A stretch of DNA of 62,847 bases, the filler included, from Reclinomonas americana ATCC 50394 (lineage: Eukaryota): the NCBI GenBank assembly GCA_048213135.1. It is 14 parts of 14 records of this genome, joined end to end, with 100 filler letters (N's around TTAATTAATTAA, not from the genome) between each part and the next. Parts side by side here need not be neighbours in the genome. Positions count along the whole stretch, not along the records: positions 16,312 to 29,121 come from AFZH01020661.1; positions 29,222 to 32,507 come from AFZH01020662.1; positions 32,608 to 41,852 come from AFZH01020663.1; 11 more parts are not named here. One strand, 5' to 3'. A program made the translations under genes and the position numbers. This document shows, piece after piece, positions 28,101 through 38,316 of this stretch (within the stretch, counting starts at the first letter, position 1; every line of letters starts with the position of its first letter). Below the pieces are notes generated by a model. The model did no database searches and was not told the origin of the DNA. It worked only from the letters and a program-made list of their open reading frames with translations.

Positions 28101-29121
28101 ACATGCAGCGAAGTATCAACTAAAATGCTGCTGAATACACACCTTCGTCGATGGTAAATGTCTTGTCGAAGAAGAGTGCACCCGTGCCATTATCTGTCGA
28201 TCGCACTGATACTACCAGCCCTGTTCCGTTCTGCCCTGCAGACGTGATCCGCAGCTGCGCGCCAGAGATGTTGAACATGGCCGCATTTGCTCCGCCCACA
28301 ATTGTGTACGTGAACGTCTGCGCCGAGTTGGCATCGGTCGTGGAGAGACTGCCAATCACGAGGTTGGCGGTCGTCGGCGGTGTGTATGCCGTCGACGACA
28401 TGGAGATATCTGACGGAGGAACATTGGCTGTACAGGCGGCAGAGCGGTTGGCCACATACCGACGCGAACACACACCACACCCACCACCATCATCCAACCT
28501 TCGTCAATGACAAAAATCTTGTCAAAGTATAGCGATCCACTCCCGTTGTCAGTGGTACGCACGATAACAACCAGTCCGTTACCGGTCTGTCCGGCCGTCG
28601 AAATACGAAGCTGGTCGCCAGAAATGTTGAACAGGGCAGCATTGGCACCGCCCACAATCGTATACGTGTACGTCTGACACGAATTGGCATCTGTAGTCAA
28701 CAAGCTTCCCAAAACCATGTTGGCTGTGGCTGGCGGTGCGTATGTCATCGCCGACAAGGAAATGTCCGTTGGCGCAACATTCACTAGGACACTGAATGTA
28801 AGGCTAACAACCGCTAAGAGCAACAGAGCACCAATAAAGCAGCAGACCTTCGGTGACCGTGATCGTCTTGTCGACGAACAGCGATCCGCTGCCATTGTCC
28901 GTCGACCGCACGACAACGACCAATCCAGTTCCATTCTGTCCAGCAGCTGTAATGCGTAGCTGCGTGCCAAGGATGTTGAACATGGCCGCATCGGCACCAC
29001 CCACGATCGAGTACGTGAACGATTGGCCCGAGTTGGCATCCGTCGTCGACAGAGTGCCGATCACCAGGTTTGCTGTTGACGGTGGCGTGTACGTCGTGGC
29101 CGACAGCGCAATGTCGGTCGG
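1464..29121 (-). CDS. Giant multi-exon cadherin-like-repeat / REJ / GPS / polycystin-1-like 5-TM membrane protein (5' end lost in gap; spans 3 internal gaps; over 6,000 aa estimated)
   Basis: GT-AG exons read continuously on the minus strand: >=51 cadherin-like repeats, REJ motif (VNSPPVAGTIMCTPTSGVELETMFEIRASGFVDPD), GPS (VYCATTHLTDF), TM1, PKD1-type HLWVS...SRVRR, TM2/3 (VAFPLIII) and TM4/5 (VLLLEPLWL). The stop is at 1554 or, after one more exon, at 1464. Continuity across the gap at 4726-4825 is inferred from motif order. Confidence 0.8.
7099..7140 (-). other. 42-nt exon carrying the GPS autoproteolysis site (C-A-T-T-H-L|T-D-F)
   Basis: cag|GTG TCT GGC GTG TAC TGT GCC ACC ACT CAT CTC ACT GAT TTT|gt. 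Upstream WREAAC and a downstream hydrophobic helix (FMLLSTYFVLAMAACIVVW) fit the GPS-then-TM1 layout. Confidence 0.8.
9265..9640 (-). other. REJ (PKD/REJ-like) domain core of the giant gene
   Basis: Exons encode GVVEVNSPPVAGTIMCTPTSGVELETMFEIRASGFVDPDSTAPLTYTFY and LSSG...VVVGVTATDSEGA, matching the REJ pattern NxPPxxGxxxxxPxxG..T.F.I...G.xD.D..PL.Y.F. Confidence 0.8.
10213..29121 (-). repeat. Tandem array of >=51 cadherin-like domains (~95 aa), one per exon, separated mostly by ~55-105 nt phase-1 introns
   Basis: Consensus NVAPTDIxLSxTTYxPPTTANxVVGTLSTTDANxxQxFTYTIVGGAxAAxFNISGxQLRITxAGQxGxGLxVxVRxTDxGxGxLFFDKTFTINE. Example: exon 28783-28499 is 285 nt and intron 28847-28784 is GT..AG. I counted 36 repeats in 16344-29121, 9 in 12852-15979 and 6 in 10213-12268. 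Confidence 0.92.
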
Positions 29122-29821
29122 NNNNNNNNNNNNNNNNNNNNNNNNNNNNNNNNNNNNNNNNNNNNTTAATTAATTAANNNNNNNNNNNNNNNNNNNNNNN
29201 NNNNNNNNNNNNNNNNNNNNNCTTCTGCTGGAGGACTGTGCAATTCGCACATTGTGTTTCGGACTTGGCAGTTTGCTCGATCTTCTTAGTCTGAGCGCAG
29301 TCAGAGTTGTCAAGTGAAACTTGCGTGTTGAAACGTGTGGGAGGAGAGGTAGGTGGTGGGGTAGTAGGGGTAGGAAGAGCGGAGAGTGGTGGGCACCGCG
29401 TGCAGGCGGGCCGGTAGGGCGCGCGGCCCAAAACTGGCCTGCCACGGCTTTATGCCCGTGCCGCATCTCACCGATTCTCGCGGCCCGTGGTGGGCCGTCA
29501 TTTTCTTTGCCTCTCTGGCAACCACCGTGGCGGTGTTGAAACACCTCGTGAACAGGTGAAACCTTGAACTACCGGTTGACAGCGGGTGACTCCGACAAAG
29601 ATACGTACTGCCATACAATTGTTGTGGGTTCGCAGCGGTACGTTTCGCTGCTTGCCTTTCGTCGAGCTGCGCTGTATATTGATTCTTTTATCTTTGATTC
29701 GGCAACGCATTGGCGGACAAAAACACCCAGCTCTCACCTGTCACTCACGTTCACGCCTGCTCTCACACGCATTTCTCCACGTCTTTGCACGCAGAGGCCA
29801 TCCACTATCATCATCAACATC

Positions 29822-32453
29822 ATGTCTGGTCAGATACATCCTGCAGCTGGCTCCGATTCCGACGTTCCTCGAACTCGAAACTCGATTACTGGTGGTACCG
29901 GTTCTGGTACTTCTGTCGAATTTGCGCGGGCTGGACATGGACTCCAAGTGATGGAATTCGATGGCGAGTCGCTGAGTTCTGACTGGGACGGAGTCGGCAC
30001 CGACTCTATGATTATGACTCCTGCGGCCGATCATGAGCGCGAGTCTGCGTTCAAGCGACGCATGTCGATGCCGGGGTGTGGCGATCTTGCCTCAAGCGCA
30101 GCCTCGCTCGACCTCACCACCTGTGGTTCAATCTTGCATCACGAGGATCCAATGGCCAAGCCTGGCGAAGAGTCGAGCGCTGAAGAGCGCAAGTTCACGA
30201 TGATGCAGCAGGCTGAGCTGGAGCGTTTCCGCAGCCGGCCGGCGCCCGACTCTGGTGGTACATTTATTCGCTCACTCATTTATGTATTCGATGATGTTTT
30301 CCCTTGTTGACAAGTCAGTTTTGTGTTATAATCAGAGACGGTTGCAAGCACCGCCAGCGCAGCACCAGGACCGTCCGAGACAATCAATCTGCGCCTTGCT
30401 TCCAATGAGCGCTCGGTGCGCGTTGACGTGGATGCGCCGGAGGTGGCCGAGTTCGGTGTACGAAGTCACCTCGATCGTGGCGCCTTGGTCGGGCTGCAGC
30501 TGCCAACCGAGTCGAAAACGCCGTTCTGGACTAGGCGCCGCATCGTAATCGCGGCCATTGTCGGCGCGTTCCTGCTGGCCGCAGCTGTGACGCTGTCGAT
30601 CGCTCTTCCACTTCTTCTGCGGTCGTCGTCTCCAGCTGTCACCGGCGAGCTGATCGAGGTTATTGAACGTCAGCCCGTGCCCACAGACGTCCCGGATTCT
30701 GGATTTACTGGAACCACGGACTGGGACTTGGACGCTGCGCCGGTTTTTGTGGATGGCGGCGTCCTGGATCCCGCTGAGTTCGTCGCTATGAATCAACCCA
30801 GCGTTCGTGAGGCCGAGCAGCATCGCCGAGAGGTGGCGGATCGCGCGGTCGATCGCGATGGCGGCTCCTCTTCTTCTTCCTCCGACGCAGACCGCCTCGC
30901 AATCGCGGCTCCGTTGCTCACCTATCGTGGAGGATCGAACCCGAATTGCGTGCGCAGCGACATCACCGTCTATCCGATTTACTGGGGGACGAGCTTCCAG
31001 TCGACCACAAAATCTGTTATCAACACTTTCCTCCAGCTTCTGAACAGCTCGCCTTGGTACTGGATTAACGATCAGTTACGATATCTTGAGTTGTGGGGTT
31101 TACATGTTGGTCCGGCGGTGGCTCACACACACACGTGTCTTTGTGAATTGGCGTGCCATCACAGATACATCAGGGGAGCTGGCGCTGGAACCTACGCATT
31201 TATGCGCATGTCCACGTATTATTACCTCACCGCCGCAACCTCGGGTGCGAAGTATAACGGCAAGTTGCTCGTTACTGATGCCGATGTGCAAGTGAGTAAT
31301 AATCGCCGAGCCAGTGCATGTGCAGTAAGAAAGTGTGTACTTGCTGACAATGCATTTTCTACTCTTTTTCTCTCTCTCCCTCTCTCCCTCCCTCTCTCAC
31401 ACACACACTCTCTTTTTCTTTTCTCCACCACTCTCTCTTGTCGATTTTTGCGCATACAGAACAGAATCAAGCAGATGATCAGTGACGGTACTGCTCCGCT
31501 TGACACAAGTGGAGTCTACTTGGTGATGGTGGATTCGACCATGATCGTGAGGGCTAACGATAACACTTACTCGTGCTTGTAAGTATTTCGTCTGGGTCTC
31601 GTGCATACCCCTTGTCGCATCGACTTGTGTTTTCTCATTTGGCGGTGGTACTGCAAGAACATGGTGTGGATACCACGGCACCTTTACGTACAATTCGAGG
31701 AAGATTATTTACGCCGTGGTTGCGAGCCCGTTGGCTTGCCTGTCGGGTTGCACCCGGTTGCTGACCACCAGCAACTCCCCGAACAATAACATCGAGGCCG
31801 ACGGGATGCTCTCCGTAAGTGCAGCGCCTTTCTACTTTCCTATCGGCAACACATATACTTACATTTCGCTGCACTTTGCTGTACATGTGGCAGGTTATCG
31901 CACACGAGATTGTCGAAGCACAGACCGATCCCTACCTCACAACAGGTTGGAGGGATGTCTATACCGACGAGGAGAACGCTGACCTGGTGCGTGCGCCTGC
32001 ACTGACAATCTTACCATGATGGGTGATCGTGCCTACTTATTGCCTGACCCTCGAGTGCATACACGTGCGCAGTGCAACCTGAATTTTGGAGCCACCTACA
32101 AGTCGTTGAATGGAAAGATATATAACACGGTCATCAACGGGTGAGCGCTTCGTGTTGTCATGCCAGTGACAGGCAGCCCTTATTAACTGCCGCTATTATA
32201 TGTGCAGCTACATGTACTTGATCCAAATGAATTTCTCGAACTCGTACCGCAGCTGCCGAAGCCAATGTTCGTCGTGCGCAGCGCTGCGTTCCCTGTCTGC
32301 ACCAGTGTATCTTTCTGTGACCTCACACTCGCGAGCTCTGTTCTCGCTGCTCAGTGTAAAAGCAGCACCGCACGTATTGTGGCGACCCACGTCTCCTGCG
32401 CGCGCGCCTCCTCGCTGGCGTCCCCCTTCCAATGTCATGCTTGTTGTTGTTGA
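29822..32453 (+). CDS. Membrane-anchored Phi-1/EXORDIUM-like (phosphate-induced protein 1 family) protein, multi-exon; 3' end uncertain
   Basis: Spliced product has one TM (RRIVIAAIVGAFLLAAAVTLSIALPLLL), then LTYRGG, VYPIYWG, PWYWINDQY, GVYLVM, CLTWCGYH, SPNNNIEADGMLSVIAHEIVEAQTDP, GW and ENADLC, the ordered Phi-1 family motifs. Confidence 0.8.
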
Positions 32454-32607
32454 AGCGCGCGTGTTATTAGTAAAAGTATTACGTATCCGCATTTGCTGAT
32501 GATCGCCNNNNNNNNNNNNNNNNNNNNNNNNNNNNNNNNNNNNNNNNNNNNTTAATTAATTAANNNNNNNNNNNNNNNNNNNNNNNNNNNNNNNNNNNNN
32601 NNNNNNN

Positions 32608-35042
32608 GGAAAAAACACTCGCCATTGTCTCTGTCTCTCCACTGTACCTTGCTGCGCCACACTCAACGCCGGCCGCTCCAGCGACAACATGTGCCGCAGC
32701 GCCAGCTCGGCCGTCCGGGCCTCATTGAACAGATCCACTGCCACACCATTCCCTGGATCAGCACTTCAAATCACACACACACACACACATCAACCCTCCT
32801 GCACGCAACATGCATCATCTCGAAACACCAGCAACTCGTGTCCGAGATGGCGCGTCAGGTGAACACCGTCGGGACTCCACGCCCACGTCGTGTGCATCAA
32901 CACATTCCCCACCACTCTCCGCGTCGGTGCCACCAGGCGGCACACGGGCACACCCTGCGTCACGTCCCACACCAACGGTTCCTCCCTCTGCAACAATGTC
33001 AGCACTAGAAATCCTTTCTAACTCCCTTCCCCGCCGCTCTCACGCAACAAATGTGGTCACGAGCAAGTACGCTCCGTCACTCGGTCGAAGGAGGACCGAC
33101 GCCACCGAGGTGGCGTCGTACTGGAAACTCTGCAGCACCTCGCCAGTGATCGCATGCACCACCAGCACCGAGCCCGTGCGCGCGACCGAGGCAAAGATGG
33201 GCTCGGTCGGGTGCCAGCTGAAGCGATGCTTGTACATGTCCTCGTTTGACACTCTCATGTCGGTCAGTCGCATGCCCGTCGGCACCCACCGGTACGCACT
33301 CCCATCGTCGGCAGTCTCACAGTGGTACGTGACAATCACGTCGTTGCGCTCCACCATGGCCAACAAACGGTTGTTGGGGTGCACGTAGCACATGAGGCAG
33401 GCGGCTCGGTGGGCCTGCGTCGTCTCCGGCACACTCTCCCCACTGCTCAGCGACATCTCCACCGTCTTGTCCGTGCCGATCACCAGCAACCGCGTGGGAT
33501 CCCCGCTCGGCGACGGAGCGCACACCACAAACACTTTCGACTGCAACGCCTGCATCATGCGCATGCCGCTCGGATGCAACGTCCCCACCAGCCCTGCGTG
33601 CTCGGGAGTAAGGCGCGACAGGCTGAAGAAAAGGAGGAAAGTGAGGAGCACGCAACGTCGTTCTTTCGGTACCCCCTGGCTCGTGATGTTGACCAGGGCC
33701 AGAGCGCAGCTCTGATTCTCCGCGCCCGTGGTGAAAAACGGGTGCGCCCGTCCAGCGAGGATCCCCAGAAGACGGTGAGTGGGTGCGTGCCATTGGAAGT
33801 AGTCGGCCTGAGGGGAGGGAGAGGAGGGACGGGGGAGGGAGAGGGAGGACAGGGGGAAGGAGGAGATGTGAGATCGGTGATGGCACAGGAGACAGAATGG
33901 CATGATTATGTCGGCCAAGGGACGGGGAAGAAGAGACATAGAAGAACGAGATGCATGATGAAGGAGAGTACGAGACGACAGCCAGCACCGATACGACAGC
34001 TCCAACAAGGCAGGGCCCTCCAAGAGTCCGAAGAAATCCCCTTCTCCTCCCCATCTCCCACGGCACCACAGCCACCCTCCGCATCTCCGCCTCCCCTCTC
34101 GCATTCACCGCCATCATATCCCACACCAGAACCTCCGACTCGCCCAAATCCCTCTCAGAAAAGAAAAAGAAGAAGAAGACGAAGAAGAAGAAGATCAAAA
34201 AGAAGATCAAGAAGAAGAAGAAGAAGAAGAGAAGAAGAAGAAAGGAGAAGAAGAGAAGGAGAAGTATGGAAAACGAGAGCACGAGACAACTCCAAGGAAC
34301 AAAGGCCCTCTGAAACAAGAATCCAAAGAAGTCCACTTTTCCTCCCGTTCTCATCCCCTTTCTATCCCCCTTTCCACCCCTTCTCCTCCTACTCACCGCC
34401 ATCGGCACCACCGCCACCCTCTTCATCTCCGCCGCATCTCCTCGCCCATTCACCGCCACCATATCCCACACCAACACCTCCGACTCGCCCATATCCCTCT
34501 CAGATAAAGAAGAAGAACAAGATCAACGAGGTGAAGAAGGAGAAGAAGAAGGAGGAGGAGGAGGAGGAGGAGGAAGAAAAAGAAGAAGAACAAAAACAAG
34601 GAGCAAGAGAAGGAGAAGTATGCACAACGAGAGCACGAGACAACTCCAAGGGAAAAAGGCCCTCTGTAACAATCCAAAGAAGTTCCCTTTTCCTTCCCTT
34701 TCTATCCCCCTTTCCACCCCTTCTCCTCCTACTCACCACCATCGGCACCACCGCCACCCTCTTCATCTCCGCCGCATCCCCTCGCCCATTCACCGCCACC
34801 ATATCCCACACCAGAACCTCCGACTCGCCCATATCCTTCTCACTAAAGTGCCGCGGTCGCCCTCGCGTCGCCCGCACCGTGCACAACAGCCATCCTCGGT
34901 GCACCGACAAGAGAGATCGCGCGTTGCTGGCAAATTCGCGCGAGTGCAGGAAGAATGGCGTGGAGGCGTCGCTGGGGAAGGAGTGGAGGTGGTGTAGGAG
35001 AGAGAAGGCGGGAGGAGGAGCGTCGTCATCGTCACCGCTCAT
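32608..35042 (-). CDS. WD40-like beta-propeller protein, multi-exon; 3' end near or in gap
   Basis: Repeated propeller-like motifs: EVLVWD, FQWHAPTHRLL, YVHPNNRLLA, FSWHPTEPIFASVARTGSVLV, LRPSDGAYLLVTTF|REEPLVWD, WSPDG. GT-AG introns at 33656-33594 and 33048-32988. Confidence 0.65.
34030..34840 (-). repeat. Triplicated ~340-bp unit (exon 3' end + start of intron)
   Basis: GESEVLVWDM.AVN.RG.A.EM.RVAVVP coding segment plus the following intron sequence occurs three times (~34735-34840, ~34395-34500, ~34050-34160). Confidence 0.85.
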
Positions 35043-35113
35043 TGTGAAGAATGGAGAAGTTGTCACACAGGACGTTTGATTGATTGTGTTCGTTGGTGTG
35101 AGTGTGAGAGAGG

Positions 35114-35401
35114 ATGCAAGACGAGCAGGTGGAGTATAGTGATGGTGAGTGTGGCGGTGTGTGTGTGAGAGAGAGGGGGGAGAGGGAGAGTGTCTGTTTC
35201 TGTCTCTCTTATCTGCGTGATCTTTCTTGTTCTTCTTCTCTCTGTCGTGTGTGTGTGTGTGTGTGCGTGTGTTTCACGTGTGTATGTGTGTGTGCATGCA
35301 AGGAGACATCGACGTTGACATCGTCCAATGTGATTGCGACTGGGCAATCACTCAGTCTCTCTCTCACTCATCACTCACTCACTAACTAACTCACTCGCTC
35401 A

Positions 35402-35443
<42 letters not shown>

Positions 35444-36041
35444 GCACTCACTGCACTCACTGCACTCTCTTCCCTCGTTCATTCACTCACTCACTCACTG
35501 CACTCTCTCCTTTCTCACTCACTCACTCACTCACTCTCTCTCACTCACTCACTCACTGCACTCACTCACTCACTGCACTCACTCACTCACCCTTCCTTCT
35601 CCCTTTGCTCTTCCCCCTTCTCCTTCCCCTTCTCCTCCCTTCCCTTTGCCTCCCTCCCTCTCACTCTCTTGTGTCTCCCGCAGAGATCACTCGGCTTTCG
35701 ATTGCCGAGGCCCACAACGTGCTCGTTCACGTTCGCGACTCACGTCGTGCCGACGAGAAGGAACTGTCGCAACAGCAATCGTTGCGTTCCTCCTCTTCTT
35801 CTTCTTCCCCTTGCCTTCTTTTCTCTATTCTATGTTTCACTCACCCGCCTCTTCGTCAGTGTCAACTTTGAAAAGTGCCTGACCTACTGCGAGCGATTCG
35901 ATCGGTACCACAGCAAGGAGGCACTGGCCAAGATCCGATCGTTGCGCCCCTGATTTGCATCTCTTTCCTCGCGAGCTGTGGCTTGGTCTCCATTCTTTCT
36001 TTCCATCGGTGTCAATCGGACTCCTCTCTCTACACCCTCTG

Positions 36042-36072
<31 letters not shown>

Positions 36073-36578
36073 TCTTCACCCTCTATTCTCTCTCTCTGTT
36101 CACTCTCTCTTCACCCTCTTTCTCTCTCTCTTCACCCTCTTTTCTCTCTCTCTCTCTCTCTCCACCCTGTATCTCCTCTCACTTCTCTCCGTGGGCGTCA
36201 ATTGCGTTATCCTCGATTTCATTCCCTTTGCAAGACTCAGTCGTTTCTCTCTTTTCTCTATCTCTCTGCTCCCTTTCTTCCCTCTCTCTCTCTCTCACTC
36301 CCTTTCCCTTCTCCCTTCTCCCTTTCCCTTCCCCTTCCCCCCTGCCCCCTCTTCTGTTGTCCCTCACTCTCCCTTCTCTCCTATCGTGCAGCGAGCTCAT
36401 GCGCGACGACTTCATCATGAGCGAGGCCGGCCCGCTCACCGACCTCGAAATCACCCTGCTCATCAATCTCTCACCCGACAACCCTGAGGAGGCCACGGCG
36501 CTCATCAAGTCTCTCGCACGGTACCACCCCGACGAGGTGGAGAAGATGCTGATGGAGCTGGCCAAGTATCACGAATGA
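35114..36578 (+). CDS. RPB4: RNA polymerase II subunit RPB4-like (HRDC-like fold); exons 35114-35144, 35684-35780, 35860-35940, 36392-36578
   Basis: Spliced product ...LSIAEAHNVL...NFEKCLTYCERFDRY...LEITLLINLSPDNPEEATALIKSL...VEKMLMELAKY matches RPB4 motifs. Its paralog RPC17 is not fully excluded. Confidence 0.8.
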
Positions 36579-36636
36579 AATGAAAGTGTGGCAATTCCAC
36601 GCTTATGCACAATTCCATTTTCGTCATTCACCGTCT

Positions 36637-37395
36637 CTACTGCTGCGCGTCTAACACCATGGAGAACCACACGCCCGGGACGGCACCTCGCTGCAACATG
36701 TGCCAGCCGGCACTGGAGAAGCGCCCAATCATCGACACTGGTCTCGCGAGCACGACCGGCACACTCTGCATGTGCGCCGGACCGGGAACGCAAATCACCA
36801 GCGAGCTGTCGACCATGCTGTACCCGAATTCGCCCGGCATCATGGTTGTGCGCTGCTGCTCATCGTAAGCATTGCTCACGAGCTGACTGGGCCAGTCGAT
36901 TTCAGCGCACTCGACCCGCAAAATGGTGACAGCGCCCTGCATGTAGGCGCCGAGTCTGGCGGAAAACACTCCACCTGGAAATACACTCACAGTGAGGAAG
37001 CATGTCAGCCTTCTCCCCCCTTCTCCCCTCACTCTCTCACCCGTTGTCTTCACAGCCGACACAAATGCATCCGACGCCAGCGTGTCCCACAACTGGAAGA
37101 AGCCCGAGTACGTCTCCTCTTGACCAATGCGCCACATGCCTTGCATGTGACCCTTGCCGCGCACTGGCGCCAGCAACATGGGAACGTCGCGCGCCATGCG
37201 ACCAAGGTCCGCATTCTGCGCATCCTCCTCTGACGCCATACGCAGGCTGATGCGCGACAAGTTCTCCAAGTCGGCACGCGTCTCCTCGGAGGGGTGGAAA
37301 CGACCGACCACCGGGCACTCCTCGGCCAGTGCCAGTTGCGAACCCTTGCCAAAGTTGGTGGCGGAGAAGACAATCACCAGAGCGTTGCCCGTCAT
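36637..37395 (-). CDS. Hypothetical protein, one 66-nt intron (37040-36975)
   Basis: Long open frame with globular-looking composition and an in-frame GT-AG intron. Tail-to-tail with the RPB4-like gene (stop codons 58 bp apart). Confidence 0.6.
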   Translation of the reverse strand: MTGNALVIVFSATNFGKGSQLALAEECPVVGRFHPSEETRADLENLSRISLRMASEEDAQNADLGRMARDVPMLLAPVRGKGHMQGMWRIGQEETYSGFFQLWDTLASDAFVSAVKTTGERVRGEGGRRLTCFLTVSVFPGGVFSARLGAYMQGAVTILRVECAEIDWPSQLVSNAYDEQQRTTMMPGEFGYSMVDSSLVICVPGPAHMQSVPVVLARPVSMIGRFSSAGWHMLQRGAVPGVWFSMVLDAQQ

Positions 37396-38316
37396 GGCAC
37401 CACTGGCGTTGCGGCCTGCGGGTCGGGTGGGAAATAAAAAGGTGTGAGAGATGAGGAGGGCAAAGGATAACAGAAAGGGCAAAAGGTGCTTCCTCTCTCA
37501 AGCAATTAAAAAACCGTGCTATTACACACATGGAAGAGCGGAAAAACTATCTCTCACGCACTCCCAACTCAGCTCTGTGCTCTCCTTTCGCAAGATGACT
37601 CATAGTTGCACAGCGCAATGTCGCTCTCTCCTTTTTTCACTTCCCTCTCGATCTCCCTCGCCCGTCCGTTCACCGCCATTCTCCTTCACCCACCCTATAG
37701 ACACTCTTTCACCACTGTCGCCTTCTTCATCCATGTCGGTCTCCTCTTCTCTTTCCCTAGTCTAAACTTGCAACAACTTCATGGAGGCACTGTCCCTCCG
37801 CATTCCAACCACTCATACGTTAAGTCAATCGACACGACGATCAGCTCGCAGGCAGCGCTCAATCGCTCACATCTACCCCTTCATCTCCCTCAGACTCACC
37901 GAAGCTCAGCAGTGCAGATATTGCCTCTCTTCGCTCATTCACCTCCTTTTCTCACTCCCCTTTCAACAGCCACATCAATGCTCTGTCTATCTCTCATCTT
38001 CTCCTCTCTGCATCTCTTGACTTGCAACACGACCTCAGCCGAGCACAGCTTGTACAGATTCCGCTCTCGCACACCTCAACAGTCATGGAACAGAATCCCT
38101 CTCTTCCATCTCCCATCTCTCCACCTCCACTTATCCTTCTCCCCCTCCTTCACTCTTCGCCCTCATTTCTCCTTCACCGCCCGTCTCCTTCATCCGCCAT
38201 ATCGACACGACACTCAGCTTGTACGTGCCACTCATTCTGCCCCTCTCTTCCCCATTCCCTTCCCCTTCGCCATCCCTTCCCCCTCACCGCCCTTCCCCTT
38301 CGCCATCCCTTCCCCC

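Noticed and set aside
10213..29121. Repeat-plus-unique-spacer pattern suggestive of a CRISPR or cassette array
   Set aside because: The repeats are ~285-nt protein-coding exons and the spacers are GT-AG introns.
10097..29173. Many plus-strand ORFs over the repeat array (e.g. MVNVLSKNSDPLPLSV...)
   Set aside because: Antisense shadows of the minus-strand coding exons; splice signals and domain motifs all fit the minus strand.
33322..35079. 585-aa plus-strand ORF and other low-complexity ORFs (CV/HT/LS/RE runs)
   Set aside because: Arise from microsatellites and purine/pyrimidine tracts in introns, or lie antisense to the WD40-like gene.
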